Assembly: GCA_016182095.1 (NCBI GenBank)
Contig: JACOXY010000011.1
Coordinates: 67,794 to 131,793 of the forward strand
Source: Candidatus Liptonbacteria bacterium
Lineage (GTDB): Bacteria; Patescibacteriota; Minisyncoccia; UBA6257; JACOXY01
Length of the DNA: 64,000 nt
Direction: 5' to 3'
Shown here: positions 20,752 to 30,340 of the stretch, piece after piece
Layout of the letters: every line of letters begins with the position of its first letter
Position numbering within the stretch: the stretch's first letter is position 1
Position numbers and translations under genes: made by a program
The notes under the pieces: model-generated
What the model saw: the letters and a program-made list of their open reading frames with translations, nothing else
The model's database searches: none
What the model was told of the DNA's origin: nothing

Positions 20752-20759
20752 ATATAAAA

Positions 20760-22226
20760 TTAGGATCTGGTTCCAAATTTGTAATTTGCAAACGCCAGAA
20801 ACAGAAAGAGATTTATATAAATAGGCAAAACATCAAAAAGAACCAGCCCCTGGATAAGATATCCTAGGGGCAGAGCAAAGATAATGGCCCTTTGAACCGT
20901 GAATTGTGTATTGGTGAGCATAGTCGCTATATTTTGTTTTTCGTTTTGATATTGATTCTTCTTAAGATTCTCGTCTTTTTGTTTTAATTTTTGCCAGCCA
21001 GTTGCAGTAAAAAATTGCGCATAAAAAACCGCAAACATAGCCACAAAACTAAGCAGACCCAATATGCCGCCAAAAATTAAATAATCAAAAAAGATGTTGT
21101 GCGCCCGGTCAAACCAAACAGTGTGAATAGGATTGTAATATTTTTCAAAAGCAATTGAAAAATTCTCCGGGCCCCATCCTAAAAGCGGACGCTCTTTCCA
21201 GGCTTCAATGGATTGTTGCCAAAGAACAAACCGCGTGCCTATGGTGGCGCCGCCAAAAGAAACGTCCAATATTCGATTTCCACCCTCTGCGCACCAAGGA
21301 GCCAAATTAATATATTGTCTGTAATAAACACCGAGGGAACCCAACGCAATAAGCGCGACTGCCGTGAGCAAAGCTGCCCTTCGCCAAAATTTTTGCGGCA
21401 TAGAAAACGCGAGATAGAAAAGCGCCGCGATAACACCGACGCCCAAACCCAAAAAGCCGCCTCTGGTTTGAGAAAAAGTTAAAAACACAAAAAAATAAAG
21501 TCCTAAAAGAATTAAAAACGGCAAATTCCACCTTTGCCAAATCTTAGAACGCCAGTCACCCGAGGCAATTAGAGAGCCGACATAAAAAAGAACGAAAATG
21601 GTATAAGTGCCTATATAAGCAGGATTACCAAGCGAACCGGCGAACCTATCGCAAAACGGGACGCTGACAAAGCCCTCAAGCTTAAAAGCTCCAGCCATCC
21701 CATAAAACATAACCAAAATTCCCGCAAAAACAGAAACTCTGAATAAATTTTTCCAGTCTTTTTCGCTTTTTAAAAACAAGAGAAGAAGAACAAAAAACAG
21801 ATAAAAGTGGAGCATTAAGAAGCTTCCTTCACCACGCTCAAAGTTGGACCAAAAAGAACCGCTGGGATTTATGCCGGTAAAGCCGGCAAGAGTAAAAATA
21901 GCGACAAAAAAGCTAACGGCAATGAAGAGCGGATTCTGGAATAAACCTGATACCTGATACCTGATACCTGATACTTTTTCCTCAAATCCCCACCCCAAAA
22001 TCGCAAACATAAGCGCCAGCTCAACTATAACTTTAAAAAAAGTGTATTTGCCGACTATAAAAGGGAAGAGGGTGCTAGGAGTAACAATAATAACCGCAAA
22101 AGGAGCCAGGTACAGTAAAATTTTGGAAATCTTAAAAAAATTTACAAGCATAGGGTTTAGGGTTTTAACTATACCCTTTTTAGAATTTATGAAGTATATC
22201 CCACTCGCCTTTTTCCGCCAAATCAA
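20760..22226 (-). CDS. O-antigen-ligase-like (Wzy_C) polytopic membrane protein
   Basis: Multiple TM helices; ERGEGSF and DRAHNIFFDYLIFGGILGLL (the WaaL-like H-N block). Confidence 0.5.
   Translation of the reverse strand: MIWRKKASGIYFINSKKGIVKTLNPMLVNFFKISKILLYLAPFAVIIVTPSTLFPFIVGKYTFFKVIVELALMFAILGWGFEEKVSGIRYQVSGLFQNPLFIAVSFFVAIFTLAGFTGINPSGSFWSNFERGEGSFLMLHFYLFFVLLLLFLKSEKDWKNLFRVSVFAGILVMFYGMAGAFKLEGFVSVPFCDRFAGSLGNPAYIGTYTIFVLFYVGSLIASGDWRSKIWQRWNLPFLILLGLYFFVFLTFSQTRGGFLGLGVGVIAALFYLAFSMPQKFWRRAALLTAVALIALGSLGVYYRQYINLAPWCAEGGNRILDVSFGGATIGTRFVLWQQSIEAWKERPLLGWGPENFSIAFEKYYNPIHTVWFDRAHNIFFDYLIFGGILGLLSFVAMFAVFYAQFFTATGWQKLKQKDENLKKNQYQNEKQNIATMLTNTQFTVQRAIIFALPLGYLIQGLVLFDVLPIYINLFLFLAFANYKFGTRS
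21945..21974. repeat. tandem heptanucleotide repeat (acctgat, 4 copies) inside the ligase-like CDS
   Basis: cctgatacctgatacctgatacctgatac encodes VSGIRYQVSG. Confidence 0.6.
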
Positions 22227-24543
22227 TCAGAACCTTCATGTCTTCTCGTAAATCTGGAAATTTAGCGAGATAATTTGCTACCAGAAGAAAATTCTCTTTA
22301 TCTTTTGCGTCTCTGAAATATGTGAGGGCTCTCCCATAATACGACAAATCAAAGGTTTGGCCTATGTCGCCCTTTAGGCTCTTCAGAACAAGTTCAACGA
22401 CCTTTTTTTCATTTCCAAAAACTGTGTACAGATAAATCATGTTATTGAAATCCGAACCAAAAAAATTCTGATATGGCGTTGCAAACTCGTCAATTTTTTT
22501 CAGGGCCGCTTTAGACTTCTCGTTTTCTCCCGCTATCGCATAAACAACCGCCGCATTCATGTAGCTCCGCGGAACTTTTGGATTCAGCGCAATCGCTTTC
22601 TCCGAGGTTTCCATCGCTTCTTTATATTTATTTTGCCCGGCAAGACTTAACGCTAAATGATAATAAACGTCTTGCCTCTTGGGAGCAAATTCCAACGCGT
22701 CGCGCATTAACTTTTCTATTTGAAGATTCAACTCAATTACTCGGGGGTCGTTCTCGTCATCGTAAGAACGGGCAATGGCTGATAGCATCTGCGCCTCTCT
22801 AATATGGAAACGGACGTCGTATGGCTCTCTCTCAACGATTTCCTGTATGGATTGAACCAATAAATCCGTAAGCTTAGAAAATTCCGGCGCCGAGAGTACA
22901 TTGGGATTATTAAAATAATCATCCATATAAATGTCATCTATGCCAAAACCGCGTATAGTCGCCTGCGCGTAGTTATAGGGAGATAAGGCTTTTTGAACTA
23001 ACTCATATGAGCGCTCAATGCTTGAGCCGCGCGGAGCAATTCTAAAAAGTTTCGCCTGGGCGTAAGGAATGACGTGAAGATAGTACAAGGACATTAAACC
23101 CAATAATCCGACCCCGGATGCCACAGATAGCAAAACAAATCTTTCATTCAAAGATGGGGGCTCGTTAGCTATGGTTTGAGTTTGCCGATCGCCATTAACA
23201 TAGGCAATAACAAACGCCAGAAGGCTAAAAAAGGCCATGTCAGAAAGTATTTGGTCAAATAAAAATAAGTTTTGAATAAAGTAGGCGCTAATTCCCGCTA
23301 TAAGTGTAAGCGCTAAAAGAAAATTTTCTTTGTAAATTCTTTTTAAAATAGCGCGAGTGAGCACAACGAAAAATCCCAAATAAACAATGAGTCCGATAAC
23401 ACCTTGCATAACCAAGAGATCAAAAATTTTGTTATGAGCGCGGTCCAACCAGGTATCGCCATAAAGCGAGAAATCTGGATCGTAATACTTCTCGTATGCG
23501 TTTAGGTAATTTTCCGGACCCCAGCCCAAAATAGGCCTTTCTTTAAAAGCTTCCCAGCTTACTTGCCAAGTTAATAAACGAAATGGGGCAGAGTCTTTAA
23601 ATGAAAAAAGGTTGGTGTTCGCGATTCTATTTAGCCCTGGAATTGCTTGCCATACTGGAGCATTTTTAGTTAGAAAAAATACCGCGGTAAAAATTACGAA
23701 AGCCACTATCAAATATCTGGCCATTTTTTTGAGTGGATAGGAAGAAAAATAAACATCTTTTTTGTAAAACGCCAAAATTGCCATAAATACTAAAAAGCCG
23801 ACCGTGGCACCCAAGATAGCCCCGCGAGTACCCGTTAAAAAAATAGTTAGCAATGACAGAATAACCAAGAAAAGGGTTAGGTAAAAACCATTCTTTTTAC
23901 CCGCTGGTATATAAAACTGAACAACACCAGCGCTTTCATTATGCTGTAAAAGACGCGAGGCCATAAAAAGACCGCCGAAAATCATAACAAATAACATATG
24001 AGTCGCGAGAAATGCCGGATTCCCAACTATGGCAGAAACTCTCTCCCCCGCGATATTGGTAGAACCAAAATACTGAAATGCCGAGTAAAGAGCGAGCATA
24101 AAGCCAGTGACTAAAAACGCGCTAAAGTAGTAGGCCCAATCTTTTTTTCCGAACGTTAGATATAAGAGCAAAAAGTAAACATAAAAATGCAGCGTCCCAA
24201 AAACACCTTCGCCGCGCTCCAAGGTTCCCCAAAAAGCGCGATAAGCATTGTCAGCAAAGAAAGAACTTACTATATAAGATAATAAAAACAAAAACAAAAA
24301 TATCGCAACCGGATTCTTTAAAAGAGTAGCGGCCCTATCCCATAAAACCCTTCTTTCGCTTTTAGAAATAAACGAGATATAGAAAAAAAACAAAGCTGCA
24401 ACTATTTCAACCGCGCTTCTAAAAAAAATAATCTTAGGCAAAGAATAGGGTAAAATAACGGCGCGGGAGAACACCAAAGCGGTAAGTGGGGTAATAAAGA
24501 GAGTTATTTTAAGCGCTAAACGCGTAAGCGAAGCCTTATACAT
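22180..24543 (-). CDS. O-antigen-ligase-like membrane protein with C-terminal TPR-like region (paralog of 20760..22226)
   Basis: ERGEGVF and DRAHNKIFDLLVMQGVIGLI; C-terminal helical repeats. Confidence 0.5.
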   Translation of the reverse strand: MYKASLTRLALKITLFITPLTALVFSRAVILPYSLPKIIFFRSAVEIVAALFFFYISFISKSERRVLWDRAATLLKNPVAIFLFLFLLSYIVSSFFADNAYRAFWGTLERGEGVFGTLHFYVYFLLLYLTFGKKDWAYYFSAFLVTGFMLALYSAFQYFGSTNIAGERVSAIVGNPAFLATHMLFVMIFGGLFMASRLLQHNESAGVVQFYIPAGKKNGFYLTLFLVILSLLTIFLTGTRGAILGATVGFLVFMAILAFYKKDVYFSSYPLKKMARYLIVAFVIFTAVFFLTKNAPVWQAIPGLNRIANTNLFSFKDSAPFRLLTWQVSWEAFKERPILGWGPENYLNAYEKYYDPDFSLYGDTWLDRAHNKIFDLLVMQGVIGLIVYLGFFVVLTRAILKRIYKENFLLALTLIAGISAYFIQNLFLFDQILSDMAFFSLLAFVIAYVNGDRQTQTIANEPPSLNERFVLLSVASGVGLLGLMSLYYLHVIPYAQAKLFRIAPRGSSIERSYELVQKALSPYNYAQATIRGFGIDDIYMDDYFNNPNVLSAPEFSKLTDLLVQSIQEIVEREPYDVRFHIREAQMLSAIARSYDDENDPRVIELNLQIEKLMRDALEFAPKRQDVYYHLALSLAGQNKYKEAMETSEKAIALNPKVPRSYMNAAVVYAIAGENEKSKAALKKIDEFATPYQNFFGSDFNNMIYLYTVFGNEKKVVELVLKSLKGDIGQTFDLSYYGRALTYFRDAKDKENFLLVANYLAKFPDLREDMKVLIDLAEKGEWDILHKF

Positions 24544-24727
24544 AATAACGCAATTATACCTTTTCTAAGATTAATTTCAAATTTTCACTACTCGACAAAC
24601 CAGATAGTAGAAATGCGAGTGAAGTTTTCCAAAAAATATGGTAATGCCGTCAATAAAATCCACAGGGATATTATTAGGTAAGTATTGGTGAAAAGAAATG
24701 CTCGCATTTTTACTACTTGGCAAATGC

Positions 24728-24752
24728 AAAAGAGGCCCCGGAGGGGCCTCTT
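24728..24752 (-). terminator. terminator hairpin downstream of the surface-protein gene
   Basis: Hairpin aaagaggccccggaggggcctcttt. Confidence 0.4.
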
Positions 24753-24781
24753 TGCATAAATTAACGCATTCTCAAGCTACG

Positions 24782-27700
24782 TTAATTTTCAATAGTAACG
24801 GTGTCAGACGGAAGAACGTTGACCAAGTGGCTGTTCGCCCAATCGGCCGTAGTTTCGTCGTGTCCCGCCACAGAGTAGTCAGACCAAATGAACGAATCGG
24901 ATGCGTCATGAGATATGGATGTCATACCAATATCTCCATAAGTACCGGTCACAGCCGAAGTTTCGGCTCTATGAAGGTTAGTAGAGATGCTGGAAGGAGT
25001 GGTACCACCCACCACGGAACCAACCGTAACTTGAACCTCATACTCCCTTGAGCTGCCTGCGGCAACCTCTTCGGGGGTAGAAAGCACTAAGTTTAGGTAA
25101 CCAGTGGAGTGTACTGTATCTATTGAATTGGTTGAAGTCGCGCCCGTTGCTGAAGTAGCTGTCCATGCCGACGCGAGAGTGAGGTTAGATGAACCGCCAA
25201 CTCTCTTAATCGACGCGTTAGAATCAGTCGCCGCAGTTATAGTCGCGTTTGTTACAGAGATCTTCAACTGTACTCTCTTCCAAGCCACCTGCCCGTCTCC
25301 ATTAGCCGCCACGGTAAACTTGATAACTTTCTTGGATCCTACGCCAACCGTATCAAGGCCGGAACCGGAAACTGTAAGGGTCGGCTTGACCTTATAGACG
25401 AGCTTCTGGTTGCCGCTCGCGGCGGTAATTGTAGTATCCTTGTTAGTCGCGCCTTGGGCCTCAAATCCGGCCGCCATTACGTGGGCGTAAAGATTTGTTC
25501 CAAAGTCCGCACCAGAACCGCTTTGGCCTATTGCCGGAACTACAGATTTTACAGTCAGGGTCTTGGATCCGTCTTTCGGAATAGCCCAGCCAAGATTCTC
25601 AACAACGGCAATTGATGAGGAAGCTCCGGAAGCCTGGATTGTATATCCGGAAACTGATCCGATCTGCACAGTTCCGTCGTAAAGCTTCAGAGTCGGAGAG
25701 TCATCTGCGGTTGTCGTTGTAGTTGCTGTAGCGCTGGTTGAGGAGTTCACCATAATGTGAAGCTTATTCACGGTCATTAACTCGTTCGTCGCTGTAAAGC
25801 GGAACTTAGCCAGAACTCTCTCTCCGCCAGCGAGCACAACGCCAGCTTCCGTATCGGAGTCATCAGCAGCTTTGATTACCGTGACATCTCCAACGGTGCT
25901 AACCGTAACCAAAACAGTACCGCCGGAATTTGTACCGAATCCGGTTTGAGTAGCGGTGTTGCCATCGCTGTCGGTCGCCGTAACATCAGTCGTTGTAGAA
26001 GCAATTTTAATCGCAAATATATCGTTGTTAGTGGCATCAGTTGCGACATTGCCTCGCACTGTAAGAGTCTTGGTTTCTCCAGCCGCAACGGAAATGTTTA
26101 GGCCAGTGAATGTTGAAGTTAAGTCAGACGAATTCAATGACTTAACGTCCGAAACCTTGGTCGCGCCATCATAGAGAGCAAGATTGGTTACTTCTCCCGA
26201 TGTAAGCGTGCCACTGGTAGCAGACGCTGTTATCTTTAAGGTGCTGATCTTTATCGTGTCAGCGGTTGCCTTAAAGCTGAATCCTACAAGATCCTTACCA
26301 GTGGAACCTTGAACCACGGTCTGTGATGAAGGGCTCGCAGAAAGCTGAATATCTAAGGTTGGAGCCTTAACAGTCATGGTGTTACCGGCAATAGTGCTGT
26401 TCGGCACTATGTCTGTAGTCGCCACAAACTGGTTATTGTCCAAATTCTTGATGTCGCTTCCTTGGAAAGCCAAAAGATACATCGTAATGCTGTCACCGGC
26501 ATCATTATCAGCATCAATATCAGCAGTTACCTTAAAGGTTTTGGATGATCCAGCTGCCATTGTAAATACGTCAGTAAATGTCTGGTCGGTTGAAGTTGTA
26601 ATGTCAACCGCGCTTGTTATAACACTGTTATTTGACGTATCCCAAACCTTGAGATCGTTGAATCCTTCGCCAGAGATCAACCCAGTTGTTGTGGCGTGGA
26701 ACCTCCAGTTTCTGATTTCAATTTGGTTCTTATTGGCAATGGTGAAGTTGTAAAGCTGCACATCTTGTCCGCGAAGCGCAATGTCGCTCTGGATTGGACC
26801 ATTAAAGGTAATGGTTACATCACCTCCGGTTAACGCAACCGTGTGCGTTTCACCCGTAGTATCCATACCGCCGATATCAACCTGAACATTAAAGCCGAAA
26901 GTTTTGCCCTTGGCTTGTACGTCCGCGGCTGAATCAAAATACATCATAATCGTATCTCCGGACTTAGCAGAACCGGCAATGTCAGCGTAGAGCTTAAATG
27001 TCTTTTGCTGGCCCTTTTCAATCTTAAGCGGTGAGCTCAAGGCTAAAGTAACCAAATCTTTGGCGCCAACTCCAGAAGCGCTCGCTACAGCCACATCATT
27101 CTGCTTCAAAACGAAGTTAGAAAGATTGCTGTTTGAAATTGATCCACCCTGGGTCATAGCCACAGACATAACCTCTACGTCTTCCGCCCCTGATACATCA
27201 AGACGGAATTCCGAAACTTGAACGTTCTTGGCTCCAACTGTTGTGCTGGAGAGCGAACCAACCTTTGTGGTCGTAGCAACACCAGCTGTAGAGCCTCCGA
27301 TTGTGAAGGAGTTGCCCTTCAAAGAACCGGAAACGCTCGGGGTGCCGACAGCCGCCATAAGTTCAAAATAGTCAACATTCCCAGCAGTCGCGCCGGTAGC
27401 GGTATCAACCGCAAGCCATAGCGTTCTGGTGCCGGCTACTTGAAGATTAAGGTTTACAAATGAAACTTCATGTGTGGTTGAGTTGACGCTCTTACCGGAA
27501 GTCAACCGGTTAGCTCCTTCATAAAGGTAAATGCCGGATGATTTAAAGTCGGTCGTTGCTCCAACTCCCTGCCTCTTGAATGTTAATTCATTCAAGGTTC
27601 CGTTTCCGGAAACAGTAAATTTCAAGACATTAAATGCTGAAGCGCCTTTTGGAACAGTCGCTCCCGCAGGATTATCTGAAGCCAATGCTAAGCTCAAGCC

Positions 27701-28201
27701 GGTTCCCGGCACAACAACAGGAGGAACTCCAGGTGTTACGCCGCCAACCGCGGCCAACGCACTGTATTTTGCTCGTGAAATAGGACCAAAGTATCCAACC
27801 GCCGGCGTAACGTTATTGGCGGCCTGCCACTTTGAAACTCCGCCTCTAGTGATTGGTCCAAAGTAGGAAGTTTCGTTCCCAGGTGAACCGGCTCCAGAAG
27901 CAGCAAGTTGATATCCCGCGCCATTCAGGTATTTTTGCAAGCACATGACATCATCTCCTGTAGAACCCACAGTGAGGCTGCGAGTAAAGTTACAAGAAAC
28001 GGCAGCGCTTCCGCCTGAACTAGCGTTTAGCTGTGCCTGTAAGGCCGCGATTTGAGCCAAAAGAGCCGAGATCTGCGCTTGCAAATCAGCGGTTGTCTGT
28101 GCGCTCACAGCAACCGGAACAAGCGCCGCAGCTCCTGAAAGCCAAAGCGTGGTAGTTACAGAAAGCACAGCTGATAAAGCTTTGCTTTTCGTTTTACTCA
28201 T
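24782..28201 (-). CDS. large secreted cell-surface protein (S-layer or adhesin-like) with peptidoglycan-binding domain and Ig-like beta-sandwich repeats
   Basis: Signal peptide; coiled-coil (AQTTADLQAQISALLAQIAALQAQL); PG_binding_1-like block (GDDVMCLQKYLNGAGY...FGPITRGGVSKWQ); long T/S/G/V-rich repeats; codon usage visibly GC-richer than neighbours. Confidence 0.55.
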   Translation of the reverse strand: MSKTKSKALSAVLSVTTTLWLSGAAALVPVAVSAQTTADLQAQISALLAQIAALQAQLNASSGGSAAVSCNFTRSLTVGSTGDDVMCLQKYLNGAGYQLAASGAGSPGNETSYFGPITRGGVSKWQAANNVTPAVGYFGPISRAKYSALAAVGGVTPGVPPVVVPGTGLSLALASDNPAGATVPKGASAFNVLKFTVSGNGTLNELTFKRQGVGATTDFKSSGIYLYEGANRLTSGKSVNSTTHEVSFVNLNLQVAGTRTLWLAVDTATGATAGNVDYFELMAAVGTPSVSGSLKGNSFTIGGSTAGVATTTKVGSLSSTTVGAKNVQVSEFRLDVSGAEDVEVMSVAMTQGGSISNSNLSNFVLKQNDVAVASASGVGAKDLVTLALSSPLKIEKGQQKTFKLYADIAGSAKSGDTIMMYFDSAADVQAKGKTFGFNVQVDIGGMDTTGETHTVALTGGDVTITFNGPIQSDIALRGQDVQLYNFTIANKNQIEIRNWRFHATTTGLISGEGFNDLKVWDTSNNSVITSAVDITTSTDQTFTDVFTMAAGSSKTFKVTADIDADNDAGDSITMYLLAFQGSDIKNLDNNQFVATTDIVPNSTIAGNTMTVKAPTLDIQLSASPSSQTVVQGSTGKDLVGFSFKATADTIKISTLKITASATSGTLTSGEVTNLALYDGATKVSDVKSLNSSDLTSTFTGLNISVAAGETKTLTVRGNVATDATNNDIFAIKIASTTTDVTATDSDGNTATQTGFGTNSGGTVLVTVSTVGDVTVIKAADDSDTEAGVVLAGGERVLAKFRFTATNELMTVNKLHIMVNSSTSATATTTTTADDSPTLKLYDGTVQIGSVSGYTIQASGASSSIAVVENLGWAIPKDGSKTLTVKSVVPAIGQSGSGADFGTNLYAHVMAAGFEAQGATNKDTTITAASGNQKLVYKVKPTLTVSGSGLDTVGVGSKKVIKFTVAANGDGQVAWKRVQLKISVTNATITAATDSNASIKRVGGSSNLTLASAWTATSATGATSTNSIDTVHSTGYLNLVLSTPEEVAAGSSREYEVQVTVGSVVGGTTPSSISTNLHRAETSAVTGTYGDIGMTSISHDASDSFIWSDYSVAGHDETTADWANSHLVNVLPSDTVTIEN

Positions 28202-28639
28202 TTTTCTAAAAAATTTATTTATTTTTAATACAAAATTTTCTCTGAAGACTTAATCCACTCGTATCGACCGACCGCCTAACTCTACGCCCACCCGAGGGCG
28301 AGAAACTTTACTTCCTCCCCGCCTTTGTGAGGATGGGCGGGAGGTAGATGGCGATTTAACGATAAAGATAAGTCTATGGTATCTATATGAACAGCTGACA
28401 ATTGCCACCTTTGACAAGCCTCGCCTCTCACGGGACCCTTGACAACTGTGAGCTAAAAACAAAATCGCTCGCTTTGAAGCGAGACGGCTACTAACGGCAA
28501 AGCAAATAACTGAAAACCAATAACCTTGTTAAAAGTTATATGTTCGCGGTTATAGATTGCGTTAGCCTGGCCTCACTCCAAGCTATTACAACTTTATTAT
28601 ATTCTGTTGTTAAAAGTAGGACAACAGTGGAAACTGTGC

Positions 28640-28675
28640 ATAAGTGAACAGAGTCCATAAGTGAACAGAGTCAAG
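28640..28675. repeat. tandem 17-bp direct repeat in the leader of the surface-protein gene
   Basis: cataagtgaacagagtc repeated twice. Confidence 0.5.
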
Positions 28676-28747
28676 TTGCCTACTGAATATAAAACGAATA
28701 AGCAGGGCTTTAGTTACAAGCCTATTTTAATAATCTGTATTTGATAT

Positions 28748-29518
28748 TTAAGCTTGCAGTTCTATGCTTGAGGTTTTAAGTTCGCGTGCCAAAAAATTAT
28801 TTTTGACGTGATAGTAGCTTGCCGGCCCGCCATTGCCGATTCTTTCTATAATCTGCCTGTCACAAAGTTTCTGCACATCATATCTCAAAGTTCTTTCGCT
28901 GACATCAGGGAATGCGGCAATCAAATCTTTCATTGCCGCTTTGCCCAATTGCCTGATTTTTTGAGCAATAAGCTCCTGCCTATCTTCTGCCACTATTGAC
29001 CCCGCCGATTGCAATGACTGGCTTTTTTTGTCTATTGCCGAATTACCTGGTATTGCCGGGACTGGGATGTTTTCCTTGCCGTTTTGCCTGATTAACTGGG
29101 GTGGAGCATCGTCCTTTTGCCGAATAATTGCCGCATTGCCGATATCTGCCTCAACATTCTTTGCCGTTTCTTTTATAACATCCGCTCCAAAATGCTCAAC
29201 AAAATTCCCGGAAAAGATATCGGCAATCGCAAGCCCAACCCTTTGTCTTTCCTTTTCTTCAATAAAGACCTTCCTAAGATTGGCAAACTGGCCATATAAA
29301 ATCTTCGCATGGTGATAATGTATTTCTCCGATTTCCTCTCCTAAAAAAATGAATTTTTCCAAAACATCTAACGCCTTTTCGGCCGCTTCAAGGTCATGAG
29401 CTGAAGCCGACTCAAGCAGATGCACACCATACGATTCTATTCTTGACTTTAAATCCTTCTGCTTGATAAAATGGCAAACCCTGAAAAGGGCCTGGGAAAT
29501 TTGTAGGCATTGCCGCAT
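28748..29518 (-). CDS. hypothetical DNA-binding protein with C-terminal winged helix
   Basis: C-terminal ERTLRYDVQKLCDRQIIERIGNGGPASYY is wHTH-like; the tracked N-terminal extension is Cys/Trp-rich and probably spurious. Confidence 0.3.
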   Translation of the reverse strand: MRQCLQISQALFRVCHFIKQKDLKSRIESYGVHLLESASAHDLEAAEKALDVLEKFIFLGEEIGEIHYHHAKILYGQFANLRKVFIEEKERQRVGLAIADIFSGNFVEHFGADVIKETAKNVEADIGNAAIIRQKDDAPPQLIRQNGKENIPVPAIPGNSAIDKKSQSLQSAGSIVAEDRQELIAQKIRQLGKAAMKDLIAAFPDVSERTLRYDVQKLCDRQIIERIGNGGPASYYHVKNNFLARELKTSSIELQA

Positions 29519-29531
29519 TGTCACACTGCGG

Positions 29532-30287
29532 CTATGAAAATACCAATACCAGAACAAGCAAGGCGGCAAATAGCAAGCCATTTTTAAGCAAGACTTTCGC
29601 CTCCAACAATTTTTCCTCATATAGCAAGTACATCCTCTGAGCAAAAAACCAAAAGAGGACGAGTATAGTTGTTGCGCCGAAAATACCAACTGGAAGCAAA
29701 GAGGCCACCCAAGCAATTTCCAAAACTACCAGAGAGGATGTGATTGCTAAAAAAAGCGCGTAGCCAAAACTTTTTTGAGAAACAAAATTATAAAACTGGG
29801 CAAAGAGAAGCATGGTGACAGTAGAAAAGATAAATATTGCCGGATAAAAATCTCCAGGAGAGATCAGCCAAAGAAACAGAAAAGCCAAAATAAAAAATAT
29901 AAGAGTTTGAAGCAAAACCAGCATCTCCTTGCGCCGCAAAAACACGAGCTCCTTAATGCCAAAAAGCAGAAACCAGGCAACAAATAGCGTAAGCGCCAAA
30001 GAATATTGGACTTGACTGTTAAACTCAATCAAAATTTTCCCGATATTGGCAAAACCAAGCCAAAGTTTCACGGCAACTGACGCGGCAAGGAGTAAAATAT
30101 ATGCCAAAAAAAGATCTAAGGCTCGCGATCCAGACTTAAAATACAGATAAAGAGAAGCTAAAATAAAAATCCAATAAGGCAGGAATTGCCAAATTAAAGC
30201 CAGAACAAGCGCCTTACCGAGTAAACCCGGTAGTAGTCTGCCGCTGTTGTGCCAAAATTTGCCGGTCAGATTAATTATGCCAAACAT
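29532..30287 (-). CDS. hypothetical polytopic membrane protein
   Basis: About 7 TM helices. Confidence 0.35.
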   Translation of the reverse strand: MFGIINLTGKFWHNSGRLLPGLLGKALVLALIWQFLPYWIFILASLYLYFKSGSRALDLFLAYILLLAASVAVKLWLGFANIGKILIEFNSQVQYSLALTLFVAWFLLFGIKELVFLRRKEMLVLLQTLIFFILAFLFLWLISPGDFYPAIFIFSTVTMLLFAQFYNFVSQKSFGYALFLAITSSLVVLEIAWVASLLPVGIFGATTILVLFWFFAQRMYLLYEEKLLEAKVLLKNGLLFAALLVLVLVFS

Positions 30288-30340
30288 AGACAGTTATACT
30301 TTAGCCACAACAAGAGATGAAAGAGATGGCGGCAGAGTTA

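Noticed and set aside
24698-25051. 117-aa + ORF overlapping the surface-protein gene
   Set aside because: Antisense to a confidently coding 1139-aa gene.
28250-28462. 70-aa ORF in the leader region
   Set aside because: R/S/G-rich, no SD, and it lies in structured GC-rich non-coding sequence.
28202-28747. tmRNA, RNase P or SRP RNA in the long intergenic region
   Set aside because: I found no tRNA-like 3' end, no tag-peptide ORF and no RNase P or SRP conserved blocks. Treated as a leader or regulatory region.
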